DNA from: Candidatus Thorarchaeota archaeon
Lineage (GTDB): Archaea; Asgardarchaeota; Thorarchaeia; Thorarchaeales; Thorarchaeaceae
Reading direction: 5' to 3'
DNA: 45,156 nucleotides
Assembly: GCA_046482545.1 (NCBI GenBank)
Contig: JAWOEX010000027.1
Location: 1-45,156 of the forward strand
Shown here: in pieces, positions 37,615 to 45,156 of the stretch
Layout of the letters: each line of letters starts with the position of its first letter
Numbering within the stretch: the stretch's first letter is position 1
Program-made: the position numbers and the translations under genes
Notes under the pieces: model-generated
Told to the model about the DNA's origin: nothing
Seen by the model: only the letters and a program-made list of their open reading frames with translations
Databases searched by the model: none

Positions 37615-37971
37615 AAGGTCACCTTCAGAAAATCAACATTATGATGGTTGTAGTTGCATAACCTTATAGCTATTCGGTTTTTCTGTTTTATCTCTTATGA
37701 TTAAAAGGGCCCTGTGTAAAAAGTCATACCAACATATCGGAATGATTCATATTATTGTTCCTGATTGTCAGGATCCGTGCGTTTGAATAGCGAATTGACA
37801 GCTCATTTGATTTTCTCACAACAATTCCGTCTACTTATTCCACAGAGCCCATATTTCAAGAAAACTTATTAGTAAGTAAGCAGGCTCCGTTACGGAGTAT
37901 GGTAATTGTTTTGCATCAATTGTGAGCAGGGGGTTACTTATTTCCAGATTTATTCAAAATGGTGAATCATA

Positions 37972-38769
37972 ATGAATAAAAGAAATAGGGGGATCACAGC
38001 GCTAACTTTAGGCATTCTCGTTACTGTTCCACTTTTTGCTTTTGCAGCTACATCTTATGCTCAGGAGTTTTATGATGGGACTGCTAGAGATATTTGGGTT
38101 AAGACTCCACTCGATATGTGGTATATTGATGAAGGAGGAATCACGGAGTTCCCGGTATTCGTTAAAGCTCAAGGATATCAGGAACAGGGAACTTGGGGTT
38201 GGCATTATGAGCCTCGAGAGCTTCTAATTGATGTATATGTTAGGGATCTTACTCTGGAAGAAGGAGCAGATTGGATGGAGCTATCTGATTATGACCTGCA
38301 TACTTCAACACTAGGAACAATTCTAACTGTGGAAGGTCACGCGAATGTATTTGGATCATTTGGTGATGGTGAAACATACGAGATAGGCGGCGAAATTGGA
38401 TGTTCCTGGTCTGGACAAACTTCAGACTGGCAACATCATTCTATGTCACGTGATACCTACGGATATTATTGGCACCACTTGGGTCAGGTTCAGGTTATAT
38501 TGGTAACGGGTGGCGTCACCCAGAACAACTGGGGTGTCACCCTGAAGGTTGGAATTCCCAATAGTGATGCACCTGACTACGATCAACACCGATATGCAAT
38601 ACGTGTCGAGGCCAAAATGTGGTTTAAGGCCTATTGGTACAGCATTGGATACGCTGATAGAGAATACTCATACAGTAATGCTTTCATAATGGGGAATAGT
38701 AATCCATCGTCTGACTGCAGTTTATACCTTCTAGAAGCTCAAGACTATGATAATAGTCTTGGTAATTAG
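37972..38769 (+). CDS. Secreted hypothetical protein (W/Y/G-rich)
   Basis: Basic N-terminus plus hydrophobic signal peptide ending SYA; GGTGA upstream. Confidence 0.7.
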   Translation: MNKRNRGITALTLGILVTVPLFAFAATSYAQEFYDGTARDIWVKTPLDMWYIDEGGITEFPVFVKAQGYQEQGTWGWHYEPRELLIDVYVRDLTLEEGADWMELSDYDLHTSTLGTILTVEGHANVFGSFGDGETYEIGGEIGCSWSGQTSDWQHHSMSRDTYGYYWHHLGQVQVILVTGGVTQNNWGVTLKVGIPNSDAPDYDQHRYAIRVEAKMWFKAYWYSIGYADREYSYSNAFIMGNSNPSSDCSLYLLEAQDYDNSLGN

Positions 38770-38842
38770 CTGAAGAATGGGTTTTATATGAAAAAGAGTA
38801 TCCTAGCTACCACTCTTTTTTAGCTCAAGAAAGCGGCTTGAT

Positions 38843-41482
38843 ATGATGATTGGCGTATCCCTGAGAATAGTAAAAAAGCAAAAAGTAAGAACCATAATCA
38901 CAATTCTTGCAATTGCGACATCCATTTCTCTTCCACTGAATGTTTCAGTGGTAACGGAAAATGCTTCGAGAAATGTAATAATTGAATTAGATAATCGAGG
39001 TATTGATGACATATCAGTCATTTGGAATGAGTTCAGACCAGTTACTGATGTTATCAATGAAGTCGAAGCTATAGACAATGCATGCATTGAGCGGTTCGAA
39101 CCGCGAATCAAAGCCTACAGCAGAATTACCAATGAATTTACAGGAAGTGACCGTTCTTGTAGTTTTGTTGCTTCAAATGATGAAGACACTTGGTTCAATG
39201 GATTAGTGATAGATAATGGAACGTTACCAAACGATAATCTAAGTATTGCAATTGAGTCTAAAGTTGCGTCAGTTCTATTGTTAGATGTGGATGATGCAAT
39301 TCAAATCGAAATCGATGCCTTGAATATCACTAGAGCTGCTGTAATCTCAGGTATTTTTCACGAAGTTGGGCAACCCGCACGTATGCTGTGTGTGGCGAGC
39401 ACCTCGTTCATAAATACAACCTTTGATACAAATCTAACAAATTATCTCGGTATGAAACTTAAACATCACATTCCGTCAGGTAATCAATATGTAACAGAAT
39501 TTGCATCGAGTATTGAAAATAAATTGACTTTTGCAACTGTGATTACGCCCAAAATTAATCATGCTCAACCAGTACTGAAATCATTGAGGGACTCAAGGTT
39601 ATTTCTGACACTATTACTATGTTGCTCATTAATATCTGCATCTGCTGCGATATATAGTTTGATGACAATCAGTATATATGAGGTAATCCACGAAGTAGGT
39701 ATTTTACAAGCTATTGGTTTTTCGAAGAATCAAATAAAGAGAATCTTCTCTTACATTCCATTGATTATTGCACCCCTGGGTATTCTATTCTCTCTGATAC
39801 TATCAATGATTACCTCCAGTTTATTCGTTGGTCTATTCATCAATATATCAAGTACAATCTTTTTGGATATGCCTTATTCCATTATTAGTGAATTTGGATT
39901 AGCATCTATGTCCATTTCACCAATCTCATTCTCAATCACTTCTTTGGCAGTCATTCTAATTGGTTTCATTGTTGTTTTCATATCCGGTGTATATCCATGT
40001 ATCAGAGGGGTACTAGCAACTCCGCGAAAAGCATTGCATCCACGAACAACTAAACCAAAAAGAAATAGCCATTCGATTATATTTATTCTTCTCTTTTCTC
40101 TCTATATTGTCCTTAATTTCTTCGGCAGAGTTCTTAATATCCCGTCCTCATTTACATTCGCGATACCAATCCTTGCTGTCGTTTCGAGTATCTCCCTTAT
40201 GCTATATGGTCTATGGTTTCTAGTGTCATTAGTTCTATCCAAAAGAAGTACCTGCAGTTTCGCTGAGTCATATGGATTTACAACAACCACCGTTGCTGTT
40301 CAATCTGCCAAATCCAATAGAGAGCATGTACAATCCAACATTGTTGCTATATCCATCTGTATCTTATTGGTGATTCTATCCTCTACAGCTGCCACTGGAA
40401 TCCGATACCAGCAGATTTCAAATGTCTATATGCGAATTGGAAGTGATATTCAATTAAGCGGGATCAAGAATGAAACCGTCATAGAATCGATTGAAGCTAT
40501 TCCAGATGTTGATGAACAAAGTATCATTCATAGAAGTTATCTTTCGTACACCTTTGTAGATAATATATCAGAAATATCTGGGACGGGAAGTATCCTTTCT
40601 TATTTTTTCTCGGGACCGAGGTATAAGGAAACAACAAGGCCTGAATATACTCAGAATGAAACCGTAGAAAATGCGCTAGAAGTTTTGAGTAGTAATGATT
40701 CTATCGTCATAACCACAAATCTTGCTCGTTATCTGGGTAAAACCAAAGGCGACTTGGTTTCAATTAGTTTCGCGGATACGTCCGAAACAGGATTTGTTAC
40801 AATCTTCTCGATGAATGCCACTATTGGTGCTATTGTTGATTACTTGCCTGGTATACCCTCAAAAAATCCTGCAATCTATTTGAATTATCAAATCATAGAG
40901 AGTTTCAGAATATCTCAGACGTACAAAGTATTAATCAAATTGAAGAATCCATCACAATATGAAGTGGTTCTTAAAGAGATTGCCAAATTGACTGACTCAT
41001 TTGATTATTCATGTGCTGAGGAAGAATTAATCGCTTACGAAGAACGTTTTCTATCCATTTACAAGCTCATGAACCTAGTCATAATTGTCACAATGATTGG
41101 TATTCTGATAATAATAGGAACATCTCAAGTATCTAGAGTAATAACAAATCAGTATGTATATGGAATTATGAGATTTGTCGGATTCAGCTCCCTTCAAATG
41201 TACCACATCATTTTCCTTGAAAGCCTGATACCAATTCTTCTTAGCTTTATGGGCGGTCTACTCGCTTCCCTAGTATTGTATTTTCCTTTGATTCTTGGAG
41301 AAATTACCAATCACCCAGTGGTTCAAATTCCTTTAGTTACTCTAAGCCCAATAATCCCAATACCTGAACTGCTAGGTGTTTTTGGGCTTTGCCTATGCAG
41401 TACAATTATTATCTCAGTAATAGCTATAGCATTTCTTCGAAAAAAGAATCTAGTTGAATTGATTAGGGATGAACTGCAATGA
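38843..41482 (+). CDS. FtsX/MacB-like ABC transporter permease (two repeats)
   Basis: RTIITILAIA, E..HEVGILQAIGFSK.QI, second YGIMR.VGFS..Q...I.FLE; two large extracellular domains. Confidence 0.85.
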   Translation: MMIGVSLRIVKKQKVRTIITILAIATSISLPLNVSVVTENASRNVIIELDNRGIDDISVIWNEFRPVTDVINEVEAIDNACIERFEPRIKAYSRITNEFTGSDRSCSFVASNDEDTWFNGLVIDNGTLPNDNLSIAIESKVASVLLLDVDDAIQIEIDALNITRAAVISGIFHEVGQPARMLCVASTSFINTTFDTNLTNYLGMKLKHHIPSGNQYVTEFASSIENKLTFATVITPKINHAQPVLKSLRDSRLFLTLLLCCSLISASAAIYSLMTISIYEVIHEVGILQAIGFSKNQIKRIFSYIPLIIAPLGILFSLILSMITSSLFVGLFINISSTIFLDMPYSIISEFGLASMSISPISFSITSLAVILIGFIVVFISGVYPCIRGVLATPRKALHPRTTKPKRNSHSIIFILLFSLYIVLNFFGRVLNIPSSFTFAIPILAVVSSISLMLYGLWFLVSLVLSKRSTCSFAESYGFTTTTVAVQSAKSNREHVQSNIVAISICILLVILSSTAATGIRYQQISNVYMRIGSDIQLSGIKNETVIESIEAIPDVDEQSIIHRSYLSYTFVDNISEISGTGSILSYFFSGPRYKETTRPEYTQNETVENALEVLSSNDSIVITTNLARYLGKTKGDLVSISFADTSETGFVTIFSMNATIGAIVDYLPGIPSKNPAIYLNYQIIESFRISQTYKVLIKLKNPSQYEVVLKEIAKLTDSFDYSCAEEELIAYEERFLSIYKLMNLVIIVTMIGILIIIGTSQVSRVITNQYVYGIMRFVGFSSLQMYHIIFLESLIPILLSFMGGLLASLVLYFPLILGEITNHPVVQIPLVTLSPIIPIPELLGVFGLCLCSTIIISVIAIAFLRKKNLVELIRDELQ

Positions 41483-41492
41483 GGGTTGTTAC

Positions 41493-42161
41493 ATGACTAT
41501 GATTGAAATCAAAAATGTGACAAAGAGATACAAGACAGGTGAAAACGTTATCCATGCATTGAATGATGTTAGTATGTCATTTGATCAAGGAGACAGTATA
41601 GCAATAACTGGTCCTTCCGGTTCTGGAAAAACTACTCTTCTCTCTCTGGTTGGTGCCTTAGATATGCCTACAACGGGGGATATTATAGTTGAAGGGAAAT
41701 CAATAGCACAATTGGGTGACCGAGAAGCGACTGTCTATCGACGGAATAAAGTTGGATTTATTTTTCAAATGCACAATCTTATCTCATATCTTACTGCATT
41801 TGAGAACATCGAACTCCCCCTAGTGGCTTCGGGAGTAAAGAGTACTATTCGAATAGATAAGGTGAATTCTCTGCTCAAATCAGTCGATCTTCCAAATCGA
41901 AGTACCCATCTTCCAGGTGAGCTATCTGGTGGTGAACGACAAAGAGTTGCATTAGCTAGAGCTTTGGTGAACAACCCAATTGTTGTATTAGCTGATGAAC
42001 CCACCGGGCAATTGGATTCAAAGACCGGTCTAATGGTTGTCGAATTGATGCAGCAGCTTGTTCGCGAAAATAAAGGGATACTGATCATGGCTACACATGA
42101 CTTGGCGATGGGACAACACATGGATAGAGAGGTTCAACTTCGTGATGGTAAAACCATCTGA
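41493..42161 (+). CDS. LolD/MacB-type ABC transporter ATP-binding protein
   Basis: GPSGSGKTT, VGFIFQ.HNL, LSGGERQRVALARAL, LADEPTG.LD, ATHD. Confidence 0.93.
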   Translation: MTMIEIKNVTKRYKTGENVIHALNDVSMSFDQGDSIAITGPSGSGKTTLLSLVGALDMPTTGDIIVEGKSIAQLGDREATVYRRNKVGFIFQMHNLISYLTAFENIELPLVASGVKSTIRIDKVNSLLKSVDLPNRSTHLPGELSGGERQRVALARALVNNPIVVLADEPTGQLDSKTGLMVVELMQQLVRENKGILIMATHDLAMGQHMDREVQLRDGKTI

Positions 42162-42177
42162 TTAACAGCGAATTGCT

Positions 42178-42900
42178 TCATATTGTCAGCTCAATCAATT
42201 GTAAAGTAGCTGGATTTGAATGATTAGCACCATTCACTATTGAATTACCGCTTAGAACCACAATAAACGCCACCCGTATGTAGTACTCACCCCCTGGAAT
42301 GAAGTGATAGCGCAACACTTCACCATCCTCTCTTTCAATTGATTTGTTGACTGAGTCATCTTGAATCGAACAGTGGAACATGAAGGATTCTCCAAGAAGC
42401 GTCATATCGGGATTATATACATAATATTTCAGAGCTATGGTTGCATTTCCTAGGAATCCTGCTGTCAATGAATAATTGAGAATCCATGATGAGTTTATAT
42501 ACCGATGCCCCTCTTCTAATGGATTATAATACACAGAATCAGATAGAACTATGCAGTATCTTTGATCTAAGAGAACATTATGTCTTCCTCGGATTGACGC
42601 GACTCTGGTACTACTGTTGAAATTTGCAACAGTAAAAACACGGGTGTCTTGATTAAGATGATTATCCTTGAATTCCGATGCAGGTGCAATCTCCCATATA
42701 AGCCATGCAGAAAGCATGACAGCTATCAACAATAAAGCCAAGATTCTGCGCGAGTCTGACGCGATAATGCGACTTAGAATTGGCATTCGTCTCTTCTTCG
42801 ACATTAAAGCTAAAATTAGGATGATAATAACACTCGCTAGCGATATAGAAAGAATGCCAGTATATTGAAAAGAAACAAATTGGCTCATATTTCCCACCAT
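42178..42900 (-). CDS. Hypothetical membrane-anchored protein
   Basis: Two N-terminal TM helices and a beta-rich domain with N-x-S/T sequons. Confidence 0.6.
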   Translation of the reverse strand: MVGNMSQFVSFQYTGILSISLASVIIILILALMSKKRRMPILSRIIASDSRRILALLLIAVMLSAWLIWEIAPASEFKDNHLNQDTRVFTVANFNSSTRVASIRGRHNVLLDQRYCIVLSDSVYYNPLEEGHRYINSSWILNYSLTAGFLGNATIALKYYVYNPDMTLLGESFMFHCSIQDDSVNKSIEREDGEVLRYHFIPGGEYYIRVAFIVVLSGNSIVNGANHSNPATLQLIELTI

Positions 42901-43345
42901 TCTATTCGGGTTTCTTCTTTTTCACCTTAAGTATTCCGATACTATAGCAATCACGAATCGGGCGGGCATGGCTACACATTCATTTGGAATCTCCTGAAGC
43001 TGCGGAAAAAGTGCAGTTTCTGCTCATATGTATGATTATACTAACTTGCGAGAGGAATCCATCATACTAGGCTTGCGCAGTCATGTTTATCGAAACATTG
43101 AGGCTAGTCGTATCTATATTGAGATAGTGATACGAAATATGAACAGCAGCACAACACAACTATGCGTGCATTATCGCCGCTTATGATAATGTGGAGATGC
43201 ATGCGTGGGGCGAAAATGGTGAGTCGATGCTCTATGCGGTGCAGCGGAAACACAGCTGACCTGTGGTGCATCATACACTCACCAAGGCGTTCACATGTTA
43301 AGAGAGACAATCAGATATTTCAGGCTTAAAGTGCCATGAAACACC

Positions 43346-43945
43346 ATGCACTCCTCTGAAAACGATTCTATTTGTTTGACATACCAATCTAAGGAACAGT
43401 CAAAGAAGATGGAACTGAGAAAGGACATTGAAGTTATTGATCTGAAGCAGCTATCCATTGACAAGATAGACTTAGCACCTCTCAGTTCGTGTAAGAGGAT
43501 TCACACTCTGAAATTGGGTTCCAACAATCTTTCGCAAATTGATATCACACCACTGGGTGAGTGCACAAACCTTCGATATTTGCATCTCTATAGAAACCGA
43601 CTGAAATCAATCGACCTCAATGCTCTTGCTTCCTGCGAGAATTTCACAGCACTCTCACTCAATGAGAACCGAATCCATGCAATCGACCTGAGTCCTCTAG
43701 GAGAATGCAGGAAGCTACGAGGGTTCTACATCAAGGAAAACCGACTTGAGCAGATTGATCTCGAACCCCTTCAGAATTGTCCAGACCTGCGAGAACTTAA
43801 CTTGAGCTCCAACCACCTGCATAGCGTCGACCTTGCTCCCTTGAAGGATTGTGACCATCTTGAAAGAATCGATTTCAGAGATAATCCAATCGAAAAGCTG
43901 GACCTGAGTCATATCGGAGATAGCGTCGAAGTTATGCTTGATTAA
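43346..43945 (+). CDS. Leucine-rich repeat protein
   Basis: About seven 22-aa repeats L..IDL.PL..C..L..L.L..N. Confidence 0.9.
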   Translation: MHSSENDSICLTYQSKEQSKKMELRKDIEVIDLKQLSIDKIDLAPLSSCKRIHTLKLGSNNLSQIDITPLGECTNLRYLHLYRNRLKSIDLNALASCENFTALSLNENRIHAIDLSPLGECRKLRGFYIKENRLEQIDLEPLQNCPDLRELNLSSNHLHSVDLAPLKDCDHLERIDFRDNPIEKLDLSHIGDSVEVMLD

Positions 43946-43959
43946 GGCTGCATTAAGCC

Positions 43960-44313
43960 TCACAAAAGGTCCTCTAAGGGAACTCCACCAAACTCCACCT
44001 CGTCTGCACACTCATCAACGATAGTAAGTGCGTTCTCGATAGATCCCTTCTTGGCATAGACCTTCATCATGTCTATCGCAGCCAGTCGTGTCTCGAAGGC
44101 CTCGATGGCCCACATCTCCTCCATAAGAACGGGTAGCTCATTGGGCGCCAATGGTTTGATGTGACTTTTGACAATGCGATGGATATCAGGTAGTTTGACT
44201 CCTATGAAGGCAAGATTGGATGTCTTTATACATCCTGAAATCTTCACCTTTCTCTCAGCATCGCTGGCGGCACTGGGTTCGTTGTGGATCAGTTCGACCA
44301 CTGACGAATCCAT
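43960..44313 (-). pseudogene. Truncated DNA alkylation repair (AlkD-like) protein
   Basis: FIGVKLPDIHRIVK and L.EEMW....FETRLAAI resemble the family N-terminus; only 117 aa, about half the usual length. Confidence 0.5.
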
Positions 44314-44458
44314 GCTCTACGCAGACCAGTGAGAGGAATCCTAGTGTATTCGCCTGTTGTAATATCTTATCTAGCTGCTGGCTCGGGCCGTCGTGTATGG
44401 TTCAGATTTGAAGGTGCGTATCAAGGGGTTGGGGAATTAGTAATGCGCCTTTTCTAAT

Positions 44459-45121
44459 CTATGTTATCCGTTTTACACCTTTCCTGATCCATCCACCCTC
44501 CTCCATTCCTCCAGTCATTGTGAGAAACAGGAGAATACTGATAATCGACAAAATAACGAATGATCCAATAGTCTCAGGAGGCACTGAAGTGGGTGATGAC
44601 AGAATAAAATCCAGTGTGGGCCAAGTGTATGTAAGAATTACGTGTAGAGTAAGCACACCCCAAGTCAATTTCCCTGCAATGAATTTAACAATATACTCAT
44701 AGGATTCTTCTTCTACAATTTGAGACTTCATGAATGCAAAGGCCGTGAAAAAGGCAGCACCAAGAGATGCCACCGGCTCTAAGCCAATACCTATGACAGT
44801 AGAGTAGTATACCAATACAAATCCTATAACGAAGCTGCCAAGAAAGCCAAGGGCAAACAGAGACGTCTTAGTGGTCTGTTTCGTTACGGAGGCTATCCGA
44901 AAACCCAAGTTAAGTCCAAGAACGATAAAAAAGAGATATAGACTCCAAAGAGGCAGCTCCTCCGCACCTTGCTGTCGAACAAGTGGAAGAACAACCAAGT
45001 AGAAGATTAAGCTTAGTGAAATTCCCGCCACAAGAGCGTATACAGATTGGGTCTTGACTCCCGACATATCTTCAGGAGTTGGTTCTGTTGACTTCTTCGA
45101 TTTCTTCGATGATTTAGACAT
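44459..45121 (-). CDS. Hypothetical multi-TM membrane protein
   Basis: 220 aa, about 6 TM helices, GGAGG upstream. Confidence 0.7.
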   Translation of the reverse strand: MSKSSKKSKKSTEPTPEDMSGVKTQSVYALVAGISLSLIFYLVVLPLVRQQGAEELPLWSLYLFFIVLGLNLGFRIASVTKQTTKTSLFALGFLGSFVIGFVLVYYSTVIGIGLEPVASLGAAFFTAFAFMKSQIVEEESYEYIVKFIAGKLTWGVLTLHVILTYTWPTLDFILSSPTSVPPETIGSFVILSIISILLFLTMTGGMEEGGWIRKGVKRIT

Positions 45122-45156
45122 TTCTCACTATTCCTCCCTATGCCGAAAAACGTCCG

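Noticed and set aside
1-45156. CRISPR array, tRNA, rRNA, transposase/integrase/RT genes
   Set aside because: None recognised by eye in intergenic regions or among the ORFs.

Overview
Archaeal chromosomal window, most consistent with an Asgard archaeon (Thorarchaeia-like). This rests on tandem Rab-like GTPases, a 22-aa LRR protein, a modular NosD-type surface protein, a geranylgeranyl reductase and an AbrB-PhoU regulator. Most of it is ordinary: a BMP-type nucleoside ABC transporter, a pstSCAB-phoU operon, a lipoate ligase/radical SAM cluster, a DNA methyltransferase, an AT-rich FtsX/LolD ABC cassette and several gene remnants. The standout is a non-coding repeat family with three copies. Copy 1 is at 9-575, copy 2 at 2272-2828 (inverted), and a compact copy 3 at about 10800-11096. 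Copies 1 and 2 have ATAAC...GYTAT termini inside an imperfect ~18-bp inverted repeat and are flanked by 5-bp direct repeats (CTGGA; TCGAG). Both interrupt the same beta-helix surface-protein gene, and precise removal of each restores its reading frame. The interior encodes no credible protein but shows repeated compensatory base-pair changes, and copy 3 lacks one ~140-nt domain inside a conserved closing helix. This points to a mobile element carrying a large structured RNA that I cannot assign to a known family. No mobilising enzyme is present in the window. All calls are by eye; no searches were run.
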